The notes beneath the pieces were generated by a model that was not told the DNA's origin, did no database searches, and worked only from the letters and a program-made list of their open reading frames with translations. This document shows positions 1 through 11,684 of a stretch of 64,000 nucleotides of DNA, in pieces (within the stretch, counting starts at the first letter, position 1; each line of letters opens with the position of its first letter). A program made the translations under genes and the position numbers. Source of the stretch: the human T2T-CHM13v2.0 reference genome, Homo sapiens; assembly GCF_009914755.1 (NCBI RefSeq), contig NC_060927.1, one strand, 5' to 3'.

Positions 1-771
1 ATTCTGTATTTATTATTAAATAGGTTAATAAATGACAGTCATTCTCCAAAACAATGTTCTCAGTGGGGAGTTTAAGAGATTGGTTGTAAATGGGGATAGG
101 CCAAAAGAGGTTGAATCCTTTTAAATTTAAATTTGTTCTGGTTCAAATTAATGTTGACAAAGTTGACTGGTAAGGACTATGAATTCAGCCCTCCCATCTG
201 AGGCATCATTAATAATGGAGGTCAGTCTGGGTCAGCAATGCTATGGCAAAGGAGTGGCAGTGACTCTCAAAACTTGTCATTGATGCAACAAATCATAAAT
301 TCCCACGTCTGTGGCTTTTGTGTCTAACAAAGAACCATGGTGACTCTCTAATACACAAAAGCTTATATTCTATGTAAAGTAGAAGTATGGCTCTCATTTC
401 TCATTTAATTAAAACTATCAATTTTAGCTCAAAATGAGAACTGAAAATGGAATAAAACAAAAGCAGTCAGTAGGAATGAACAATTCCTTTGGCTGGTAAC
501 CTTTGGCATGTAGCCTGCAGTCGCTGTCACAGGTTGATACTTCTCAGAAAATGAAGCAAGTGGCAGAAAAGCTTGCAAACCACCCATCAAAAGTTTCATA
601 TCCATCTGATTTTCTCATGTTCTTAATGTTTTGTAATTTTTCTTTTCTTCTTTTTTTGAAGCCTCTTTTTCTTCTACTTTTAACTCACCGCCGGTTAATC
701 ATGGCATTTTTCATTTAACAAGTATTAGCATATTCAAAAATAATAAAACCTTAAATCTCTCTAGTATCCTG

Positions 772-1260
772 TGTATTAGTTATCCATTGCTGCATTAAAA
801 ATGCCCCAAATTTTAGCAAAACATATATTGTCGCATATGGTTTCTGGGGGTCAGAAATTCAGGAGCAGCCTAGCTGGAAGGTGCTAACCTGGGTTCTTTC
901 ATGAGGTGCAGTCACACCGTTGGCTGAGGCTTCAGTCATCTGAAGGCCTGACTGGAACTAAAGAATCTGCTTCTAAGCTCTAGCATATAGATGGTCTCAG
1001 TTCCTCAGCACATGGTCTTCTCTATAGCTCTGCATACAATATGGCAGTTGGCTTCCTCTGGACCAAGTAATTCAAGAAACAGTGTGACTAAGTCAAAAGC
1101 CATATTGCCTTTTTATGGCTTAGTCTCCAAAATTGCATGTCATTACTTCTGCTTTATTTTATCTACTAGAAGTAAGTCACTAGGTCCATCTTATACTCAA
1201 GGGGATGAGAATTAGGCTCCAAGTCTCAAAGAATCTGTGAACAAATTAAAGCCACCATAC
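772..1260 (-). mobile_element. MLT1-family (ERVL-MaLR) solo LTR
   Basis: tgtattagttatccattgctgc...gggtcagaaattcaggagcagcctagctgg...cagtcatctgaaggcctgactgg is typical reverse-strand MLT1. Confidence 0.75.
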
Positions 1261-2643
1261 CCTGTCATTTAGAAGTGTCTGTAAATAAAAGGCAATGTGG
1301 TTTGATCTTTATTATGAGTGGTAGACAGAGCAAGCATTATTGTTCCCACTTGCCAGATGGGGACTTTAAGACACTGAGAGCTTAAGTGATCACATACCTA
1401 GTAAGTGACAGTGTTTTGCATTCACACCACAGTGTTATGACCAAATTTAGTTCTCACCACATTAGACACCATTTTTTCTCCAGTTGGTCTAAACATATCG
1501 TGAGAACAGGAACCGTATTTGTTTTTCCTCCTAGCACAGAGTAGAGAGTCAAAAACTATTAGTTGAATAACTAACTGAATGAATGAAATAATTAATAAGA
1601 ATAATGTTCCTTCACTATGTAGATGTTATTTAATAGATTATTTAATGCTAAAGAAAAAAGATAAAAATAGATTTCTGCCTTCAGAAAGGTTGCAGTCTAC
1701 TTGGAAGAGAAGGTATACACACATAAAAATAATAATTCAAAATACTAAGATGAAAGGTGGTGTACCTTACAGAATTAAAATGCCCAGGGAGAGGTACAAA
1801 CCAGTAAGTATTAGACTTTGAAAGTTCTTTGTGAGTTCATGGGCTCAGAAAATGTTACCCGGGAGAGATGAAATAACTTGACCTTTGAAGTATGTATTGT
1901 ATATATTTGACTCAGTGGAGAGCTCGAAAGAACGTTCTAAACAGAGAAAACAAAGTGAGCATTTGTGCAGTGACAAAGATGTTTATGGGCATTTGAGAAA
2001 GCATCAGTAGATAAGTTTGGATCAAAGAGGTGGTATTGTGTACCAAAAAAACAGGGATGAAAATTGGAAAATGCAAAGTAAACAAAGCCTTGAGCCCCAG
2101 TTTAAGGACTCCAAATGCTATCCTTTATGAAATGGGGGAAGGACCTCATTCCACTTTATTTTAGAAAGAAAGTGGTATTATTTATTCATCAAATATTTAT
2201 TGAGCACTTACTATATATCAGGTACCTTTGTAGGTGCTGTGAATACAGCAATGAACAAAACTGAAAAAAAAAATGTCCTCATGGCATTTATATTCTGCTA
2301 GTTAAAAGCAGACATGAATTTCTTCTAGTTGCATTTTTATGGGGTTAGTCTACATACACTAAGTGCTTATATCAGTGCTTACAAACACAATTCTTCTGTG
2401 ACAAAATTCAAAGCAAAAGAAAGCAGTTGTTACACTTCAGAAGCCTACAATTTAATATAGTTTTAGTATTAATGAAGGAAAGAAAGCACAGTCAAGTACC
2501 ATATTTGTTTAAAAAGCAGGGGGGAAAAATGCCACCTGATCTACTATCACACTAAGACGATGTAATTGGGAAGTCTGTGCAGACTCAAAAGACCTCCGTA
2601 AAACAAGGTTCCACCACATTGGACCTGAGGATTGTGTTAGATA

Positions 2644-2863
2644 AGTGGTTGTCAACCAGGGTAATTTTGCCACTCCAGAGGACCTTTGGCAGTGCCTGGA
2701 GACATTTTGGGTTGTCACAATGAGGGTAGGAGGGTGCTACTGGCATCTAGTGTATAGAGGCCTGGGATGCTGCTAAACATTGTACAACACAGCCCAGAAC
2801 AGCCCTCACAACAAAGAATTATTTGGTTCAAAATGTCAATAGTGCCAAGGCCAAGAAGACTTG
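2644..2863. mobile_element. MER20 (hAT-Charlie DNA transposon fossil)
   Basis: agtggttgtcaaccaggg...ctggagacattttgggttgtcacaa...tgctactggcatctagtg...gatgctgctaaaca...caaaatgtcaatagtgccaagg. Confidence 0.88.
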
Positions 2864-4731
2864 TTTTAGATCAAGGCTTAGGTGTAATTACAGTAGGTAT
2901 CTCTTACTTTACAAAATCAAATCTGGATTTCTGTCAAGATGGCAACAATAGTTTATGTTTGGAATAATTTTCTGTTTGATTTTGTATGTCAATAAAACTC
3001 ATGTTAAACCAGTGGCAGATTATGTCTAAATAAACTTATCTTTTTGGAATAATCACTGAATTACTATTGAAAAATCCAAATTTTGCCTTGGCAAACTGGA
3101 GGGTAATTGTGAAATCACACGATGACTTCCTGCCTCAGAAGCTGGTAGGATTCACCTTTGCATGTTCTTTGAAGAAAGGAAGTGAGATGAAGTATGTCAC
3201 GGAAACCAACTTCAAAGGCTGTGGTTTCATTCCGAATTCTAAGATGTAATGAGCTTTATAATCCAGTCATCATTACGAAGCTGCATGTCTGGCTGCAAGC
3301 ATCCAATTCTTATTTTTTCCTCGATGAAAGGATATTTTTTAAACAAATGTTGAAGGTCATGAAAGCAATATTCTTTAATGAGGGGAGGAGAACTTAATAA
3401 CTCATAACAAACTGTAAGAGTTATCCAGGGAAGCCCAGCTCAATTCAACCTGAACCAATTCGTGTTTGCTGAGTCCCAGCTGCATTCTCAGCGCAGTTCA
3501 AGGAAGACAGGCTGACAAGCTAAGTGGCAAGATGAGACAAGTCCATGTGGAACAATCAGAGACAACTGATGAATCCAGGGTGGGGCTGTACAGACACAAT
3601 TCAGGAGTTTCCGTCGCCTTGAGGAGAGAGCCCTGTGCCTTTCAATTCACTGGCTATGATTTGGCTAAGAGTTACGTAGCCTAAGAGATGCCAACCCGGT
3701 GTGGCAATCATCCAAGACACTTATTCATGAAACTCATAAGTATGGAGCGCCTACAATGTGTCAGGGACTTTTGAGGTACAGGATACAGTGATGAACAAGA
3801 CAGACAGGGCTCCTGTTGCTTACAGAGCTTACGATCCTGTGTGACCCACTTGCCTTGCCTCCTGTTTTACTGCCCATCAGTCCCTTTGGCTCTGCCTCCT
3901 ATTGTTATGTCTGCACATGACCCTTAGACCTGATGATGTTGATTTTAATATTAAGCCCTTTCTAAGGACTTAGCTGGTCCTCACTATCTGGGTCTTTCTA
4001 TTCCTGGATACTTAGAGTAAAACACTATGTCCAGTCTGCCTCTAACCCTCAGCCAGCACCCCAGGTAGACATAACTGATCTTCGGCAAGTGGATGATCAG
4101 ACGTTGAGGGGCACAGGGTAAAGGAAGCAACTGACCAGGGGATGCAACAAAACTACTGATTTATGAGTAAGCATGTCAGAAATGGTGGGGGATCAACCCA
4201 GAAGACATGTCATTAGATGAGATTAGAAGAAAGTAAATCAGAAATTCGGCAGTTGATAGGGGCATTGGATTCTAGTGTTAACAGGGGAACGCCAGAGAGA
4301 GTCTGCAAGACAGTGAGAAGGCTCCAGTGATTTGTTTGTGATAGCAACTTCTGACCCCTTTGCTAGTCATGCCATGCCTGTATTCAGGTGCCTCAATTGC
4401 TGTCCAATAGTTTCTGCCTTTATCAACATGTATCTGCTGCTGAAAAGTAAGAAAAGTCAGTGAGTGCTGGGGGAAAGGAAGGGGGATCAGGGAAGTCTTC
4501 ATGCAGGGTCTGGAAGAAAATACTGACTCAGGTGGAAGAAAGATGAGAAATGGATCTTCACATTCGCATCATAAGCAAAGGCGTAAAACAAAATGAGTGC
4601 AGGACATGAGAAGACAAGCAGGAGTTCTGACATTGCTTGTTGGGAGAGGGCTAAGGGTTGATTAGGTGGGGTGGAACAAGGTAAAGATGAGCTTCAACTC
4701 ATTTAGCCCCAATTCATAGCCCACAGCCCAG

Positions 4732-4866
4732 CATGTCTCCTTTATGCTGGACTGAAGGTCAGTGCCCATGTTATCCTGACCACGCAGATTGATGAGGCCG
4801 ATTCAAATGTGTTTAGATGTAGTTGAAGGCCTGTATTGTCCAGTTAATGTCACTACTGTGTTTAAA
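4732..4866 (+). repeat. 135-bp dispersed duplicate of 6274-6444
   Basis: Direct alignment by eye gives 6 substitutions, all transitions; flanked by a perfect 19-bp inverted repeat (4705-4723 / 4877-4895). Confidence 0.95.
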
Positions 4867-5264
4867 CGTCAACTAATGGGCTATGAATTGGGGCTGTGAT
4901 CTGAACAACAAATAGCCACTATGGCTTTTTTTGTATGTGGGAAAATGTCAGGAAAACAGCAGTTATGTATATGGTAGGTGATAGTTGCAAGAGCAGGGAG
5001 AAAAAAGACTAAATGATATAGATTTAAAGTGGTTTAAGTTTGTTTTCCATGATCACGAAGGTGGTTAAAAAAATGATATGATCTGAACTAGAATGGGCAT
5101 TTGTAGAAATGGAGAGTGCTGCAACAGAGGCTCACCAGGATTGTCTGCCTAAATACAGGGACTAAAAAGGTTTTCAGAGAACAATCATACAAGGACCTTT
5201 CCATTTTTTCCCTAGCAATTACATAAAAATGTTTACCAACTGCCATGATTGTATAATAATACTA

Positions 5265-5505
5265 AGCAATAATATTAATATTTGTTGGTTGCCTCCAATG
5301 TGTATGGACTGTTCTAAACTAGTAAATGTATTTTCTCATTGAATCCTCCCAACAACACAATTACTTAGGTACTATTATTATCCCACTTTACAGATGAAGA
5401 TACTGAGGCACAAAGAGGTTAAATAACTCACCCAAAGTCATGCAGAAAGTAGATGAGCCAGTATTGAGCCCAGACAGACTTCAGACCTTGAGTCCTGCTG
5501 CCTCA
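5265..5505 (-). mobile_element. MIR SINE
   Basis: MIR core attattatcccactttacagatgaagatactgaggcacaaagaggttaaataactcacccaaagtca. Confidence 0.85.
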
Positions 5506-6273
5506 AAGAGTACATGGTTGGTGCTGAATAAATGTCTTTAGACACTGAATAAATCCCTTCTAGTGTGAAGCTGTTATAGGTCTTAGGAAAAGGTCAAACA
5601 TGACACCTATGCTTATATTAATCTCTCCCTTTTTCAGACCAGTGTTTTCCTGAGACATGCAGCATCTGAGAGTGAAGATAACATTTCCTCAGTTGGAAAT
5701 AAATTAGAGAAACCCCTCCTGCATCTGTAGCCCACCCCCGCCATCAACACTATTATCATATAATTCTCACTGTAGATATGAATCTACAGAATCCATACAA
5801 AACTCCAATGCTTTTCCTTGAATCCTGGGAAATTCTGTTTATTGTATCTTTTTCATCACCTTCCACCTGGGGCACACAACATTCTGCAGACTGTTAAAAG
5901 GATTTTTCTTTTTTCTACATCTGTCACCTGTAAGTCAAGGTTAGCCTTCTTGATGACTAGTTTACTTTGGGTATTCATCTATTCAGTTACTCCCCTTGGG
6001 GTGAGATTCCTCAGGGTAAAAGCTATCAGTTGACCTATTTTTCAGTTTATTTCATAATTATTGAGTATCTACAAGCTCACCACATGATGCGTGATGAGCT
6101 CTGTCCTGCTTACTGTCATCTTCCCCAAGGGAGTCCTGAAACCCTTTCTGGACCAGTAATCCAGCAATACACATTATTATTCCCCATTTAGTCAGCACAT
6201 GCCCCAAACAATCTGCCTCCCACATGAGAAAAATTTTATGCAGGGTTTAGATTTAGGTTTAGGTTTCACACCT

Positions 6274-6444
6274 CATGTCTCCTTTATGCTGGGCTGAAGG
6301 TCAGTGCCCACGTTATCCTGACCACACAGATTGATGAAGCTGATTCAAATGATGAAGCTCATTCAAATGATGAAGCTGATTCAAATGTGTTTAGATGTAG
6401 TTGAAGGCCTATATTGTCCAGTTAATGTCACTACTGTGTTTAAA
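6274..6444 (+). repeat. Second copy of the duplicated segment, with an internal 3x18-bp tandem repeat (gatgaagctgattcaaat, 6333-6386)
   Basis: Seen directly; 171 = 135 + 2x18. Confidence 0.95.
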
Positions 6445-8639
6445 GGCTCTTTGTGCTGCAGGTGAATTGATGGAGAGCAATTACACATTTGTCCAGAAAC
6501 TAGATGGCTAAGTCTAAGTCTGTGCTATGCCGATAGGTGCTATAGTGATAGAATGAAAGGCCCAATGGAAATATTTCTATTTGAGACAATAAGTTAAATT
6601 TTTAGGTTCAGTTTTACATTGGAATAAGGCAAAACCTTAGATAGCAGAGTCTGACTAACCAGATAAGTTAACCAGCAGCTTGAAACTTACAAATAACTTT
6701 TACCTTTGTACTTGGTTGATTAAATAAGCTAAACCGGTAGGTTAGCAAAGAATAATTTTTACTTTTTCCATTCTTCTCTGTTCAAATGAGATATATTGAA
6801 TAATTTTTTCTTGGCCTCTAAAAGAAATTTCAGACAGATTATTTGGCTTTTTTGGTGATTTCCATATAATAAATGTCATCTGGTCCTTTTCAGCCACAAG
6901 AACAGACCTGTGTCAATAATTAAAAACTCTTGTCAAATGTAATGTCAAAACTCAAAAAAGTTAATTTAGTCCAGAACTTCTTTCCTCTTCCTTCCCCCAA
7001 GTGTGGCTCTAACTCAACTTGGAAACGCTGGGATATGTGAGGTGGGGGTAGGGAAGAGACAGGGAATGTCTCTGATTCCCTGACTTGGCTTCATCCTCTC
7101 CTCCGCTCCTAGCTGCTGGCTTGGGTCCCTCTTTATGGGGAATGGCGTAAGAAGAAGAGGGAGAGGTAGGTAAGGAAGGAACTTCCTTAATAGGCTGGAT
7201 GTAATCTGACTTAGGTGTCCTCTGGATGAGGAGAATAAAAATTGCCATATTGACTTCATGGGGCACTCTGGCAGATTTTTCAGAAATCCCTGACTGTCCT
7301 ATGGCTGCTGTCCCTTGGTGCAGGCCATGCCTCTCTTCTGGTCTTCTGCTTCCTTCTCTCTGCAGCCTCTAAACTTCTGAAGGTCAGCTCCTCTTGGGGG
7401 CTTCTTTGTTCCTCTAGGTGTTCTTCCTGAGTGAGATTCTTTTCATGGCACCCTATTATGTCTGGAAAAATGTGCACCTTTGCCTACTCTATGGGGGAAG
7501 TGCTCCTCTTCACCAGTGTGGCCCTGTCTCTCTTCTCCATGCCCATTCAGAGCCACTAACCAACCATGGACTCCTAATGCAGCCTCTCCAGCCTGAGTAA
7601 GGCACCATGCCCCTTTGTCCTAAATTCCAGGACACACAGGTCAAGAGATATGAGTATTTCTCTCAGATCCACACTTCGCTTGGTCTAAAGTGAAGGAGCG
7701 GATTCTTCTTCATCTTCTCCATGAGGGAGGGCCTGATGCACAGGACCCTTCAAAGGAACTCTTAGCCAGTCTGCTCCCACCCCGTCACACAGCTTTGAGG
7801 TTGATGATGGACCACCACTGACAGGTCCCACTCCACACTGCCTCGCATGTCCTGCATAGGTGGGCTAGAACCCTGCTTTCAACGTGAGGTGGCTTGTGCC
7901 CTGTATTATGGTTCTTAACCTTTGGAACCTCATCTGAAATGAAGGTACAAGTATTCCATTTAAAAATTTTGTTCTGCATTAACCATTGAAGAGTTAAAGG
8001 AAATACAGTGAAAATGAAGCAAACATGATGAGGTGATGGTTAACCCACTGAGAGGATCCACAGAAAGCTGTAGTTCTTAGCAATAGTGTGATGGATGGAA
8101 GATAAACACTGAGTTCTAGAAGCATTGGCCAAAGGTGAGGATGCTTGAGGAACATGAAGGGAGACAGGAGAATGCAGAAAAGGGAAAGCTTTCACGTGGG
8201 TGGTTCCTTCTTCTAAGGGTGATTAAAAGCAACAGAAGAGACTAAGCAAACAAAATACCTTCTATAGCACTTGGTTCACAGTAAGTGTCAACATGTTGTA
8301 TTCTATTATTAGAACCTCTAAATCCATTTGGAAATACAGTAAGAACCCAAGGTAGGAAATAGAGTGGCTGATTGACCAGTCTGTCTTTGTCTAAGGGGTG
8401 TGTGTGTATGTGTGTGTCTGCGTGCATGTGTGTTTTAATAAAAATAATCTAGGTTTAGAATGAAAGCAAATAATCTAGGTTTAGAATTATGTATCTACTT
8501 GAGATAGATACTGATGTAAACAAAACCAGGCTCACAAGGACCAACATCTAGTGAAGGGAGGAGGGAAGTGGGCAGTAAAGATGAGCAGAAATCTACAGTT
8601 AGCATGAAAAGCCACATTATACCCTACTTGATATATCCC

Positions 8640-9100
8640 CCACGACTGCCCTCTCCCTTTCTCTTGCTTTGCTCAGCCAAGCTAGCCTCCTAGCTGTTTC
8701 TTCAACATACCAGGATTTCTCTCATCTCAGGGCCTTTTAACCTCACTTCCTATGCCTGAAAAATTCTTCCCCCAAATATCTACATGGATCACACCCTCAT
8801 CTTCTCGAAATTTTTGTTCAAATGTCACCTTCTCGATGAGGTACTCCATGACCATCATATTTTAAATTGCAGCTGCCTCCCACCCCATTTCCTGTTCCCC
8901 TTTTTTGGCTGTATTTTCTCCATAACACATTTTAACACCGTCTATAAGTTACCTGTTTGGCTCCTCTCCACACATTAAAAAAAGTAAATCTGATGAGGGC
9001 AGTGTTTTTTATCTTATTTGTCTACTGATACAGCTGTATCACCTAGAACAATGATAACACATGGTTACCAATAAGTATTGATAATTCAGTAAATATTTTT
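8640..9100 (+). mobile_element. L2 LINE 3' fragment
   Basis: ctcagggccttt...caaatgtcaccttctcgatgagg...tgatgagggcag...cacctagaacaatg are degenerate L2 3' motifs. Confidence 0.7.
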
Positions 9101-9223
9101 TAAATGGAGAATTTTTTTAAGTATAAAAAAGAAGAGATTAACAAAGGAAGGCTTTAGGGAATGCAGAGGATATCTCCCTAAAGAAAAGCCATCTGGCTAG
9201 GGCTGATGTCTGGGTAGCCTTAT

Positions 9224-9284
9224 GACAGGAAGCTGAAAGGTGGTGGTGGGACAGGAAGCTGAAAGGTGGTGGTGGGACAGGAAG
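9224..9284 (+). repeat. 26-bp tandem duplication gacaggaagctgaaaggtggtggtgg x2.3
   Basis: Seen directly. Confidence 0.9.
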
Positions 9285-9507
9285 AGAAGCTATCAAAGGC
9301 CTGCTATTCTGGGTGGTTGCGTGCTAGACATCATGAGTGAGCTCTTCCGTGGCTAGGCCCTGATGATGATGATGCATGCTGCAGCAAGGCTAACTACACT
9401 TATAAGGCTACCAGAATGGAATAAATATAGTCTTTAGTGTCAGACAGCCTTGGGTTCAGTTGTTGTCTCTGCCACCTACTGGCTCTGTAGCCTAGAGCAA
9501 GTCATTC

Positions 9508-11142
9508 TGATGGCAGCAGCTGCCCGACTGGACTAGCTGCTGTGGGGATGCCAGCTGTAGTGAGGGAGGCCTGGCTGGGACTGTTGAGCCCGTAGAGGCT
9601 GAGAACAGGAGGGAGCCTGCCCCCTACTGACTTGGCAAGGCAGGAGCCCTGGGCTTTCAGGGCAGCTGCAGCCACCCAGCTGTGGCTCCAGACCCTGACA
9701 CCCCTGCTCTCTTGAGGGCCTGGGAACACCCCCGCTTCTGCAGGCTCAGAAGGGCCTGCTTCCACCCCCTGGACTCTTCCCACTCCCAGCACCTGCTCCA
9801 ATTTCAGAGCAAAGATGAGGCTCAGCCCAGGCACTGTCACAACCTGGCCAGGTGTGTGCACACTTGGGGCAGCACTGACACACCAATCCCCCACCTTGGC
9901 CCCCTCCAGACTTTGGGCGCCAAGGAGCACAGGAAGGAGGCAGCAGGTGGAGATGGGCTGAGGGCAGCTGGGTGCAGGCCTGCAGGTGCCATTTGGTGCA
10001 AACAGCCTGGGCTATGGAAGGCATGATGACAGTGGGAGGCTGACTAGGTTCCTGGATGGAAAGGTGTAGGTCCCCAGTGAAACCCCACCTTCAGGCCAGG
10101 CATGGCCTGAAGCCTGGGAGCCAGGCTGCCAGTTCCAAGTGAAGTCCATGGATATGAGTAATAACTTCATCGATGACCACTGGGCCAATTGGATAGTGCT
10201 TTTTCCTGGCCTGCCTATGGCCATCTATGGACCAATCACCATGCACTTTCTCCCTTCTGAGCCCATGAAAAACCGGGGATTCAGCCAGACTCAGAAAGAA
10301 GTCAAGACTACCAGCTGTGGGAGGGAGCTACCCACTATGGGTCTCCTCATCCAGACAACTTGCCTGCAGAAAGGAGCTACCCACTACAGGTCTCCTCTCC
10401 ACTGAGAGCTGGACACTCATTGGGACAGCCTGCATATGGAAAGGAACTACCCACTTCAGGTCTCCTGAGAGCTGTTCTGTGGCTCAGTGAAGCTCCTCTC
10501 CACCTTGCTCACCCTCCAGTTGTCAGCATACCTCGTTCTTCTTGGGGGCGAGACAAGAACTTGGGACCTACTGAATGGTGGGACTGAAAGAGTTGTAACA
10601 CAAACCCAGCTGAAACACACCTCCCACCTGCTCACCACATTGCAAGCAATGAGAAGGAGAGAAGAGCTGTGGCCCTTCAGGGAGCCCAGACCTAAGGCCT
10701 CCCAGGCCAGGGCTGTAAAACCCTCTTTGGAGCTCTACAGTTCCTGGCATCTCCAAGCTTTCTGGTGCCACAGTGTTCCCCTTGTCCAGACACCAGTGCC
10801 TGCAGCAGAAACTGCTTGCCATACATCTGGTCCAGCAGCAGCATCACACAGAGTCGGCACCCATGCTGGAGCCTGGAGATTCCCACCCTGCCTCAGCAGC
10901 CAGTGTGCCTGGCTGTGTGCAGTGGCCAGACCCCACGCTCACTCGTTCACACACCCCTTGCTGCTCTGCACCTGGCTCACCCTTGGCAGGTGTGGGATCC
11001 AGGCTGGTAGCACAGACCAAGCACAGCCTGCCAAACCAAGTGGGTGGAATGAGCCCAGAAGTGTGAGCAATACTCAGGCAGAAGGTGCCACTGGCCACAG
11101 AATTTCTGGCTGGCAAAGCAAGACCCCAAGGATCCCGTGACA
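9508..11142 (+). mobile_element. MER52-type (ERV1) solo LTR, about 1.63 kb, inserted into a MIR
   Basis: TG...CA termini (tgatggcagcagc ... ggatcccgtgaca), repeated gagctacccact units, near-TSD attc/attt; MIR sequence resumes on both sides. Confidence 0.85.
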
Positions 11143-11357
11143 ATTTCACCTCTGTAGTAGTTTCCTTGTCTTAAAAAAATGAGAGTAACATTATCTAGTT
11201 CATACAATTATTAGGAGAATCAAATGTGAAAGTGCATAAAAAACAACAATGAAGCTACGACTCATACTGTCCAGTTTGAGAAGAAATGTCATGATTAAGA
11301 GTCTAGTAAGCAAAAACCATCTCAAAATAAATCAAGACCTTTATATGTAATTTTTAA

Positions 11358-11684
<327 letters not shown>

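Noticed and set aside
4732-4866. Duplicated 135-nt segment as an intronic snoRNA (contains TGATGA and CTGA)
   Set aside because: The boxes are internal and not arranged as terminal C/D boxes with a closing stem, and no H/ACA layout is evident; a repair-type duplication explains it better
6243-6267. TTTAGG-like repeats suggesting a telomeric insertion next to the duplicated segment
   Set aside because: Only about three degenerate units and not TTAGGG; compatible with chance
6333-6386. Short direct repeats here and at 9224, 30619, 37230 and 42126 as CRISPR-like arrays
   Set aside because: No unique spacers of constant length, only 2-3 units, eukaryotic context and no cas genes
7000-7660. Purine/pyrimidine-blocky stretch resembling an ancient LTR
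   Set aside because: I could not assign a family or termini with confidence; needs a Dfam search
10487-11140. 217-aa ORF and other overlapping ORFs at 9500-11200
   Set aside because: All lie within the GC-rich MER52 LTR, occur on both strands, the longest starts at a non-ATG codon, and none has a recognisable domain
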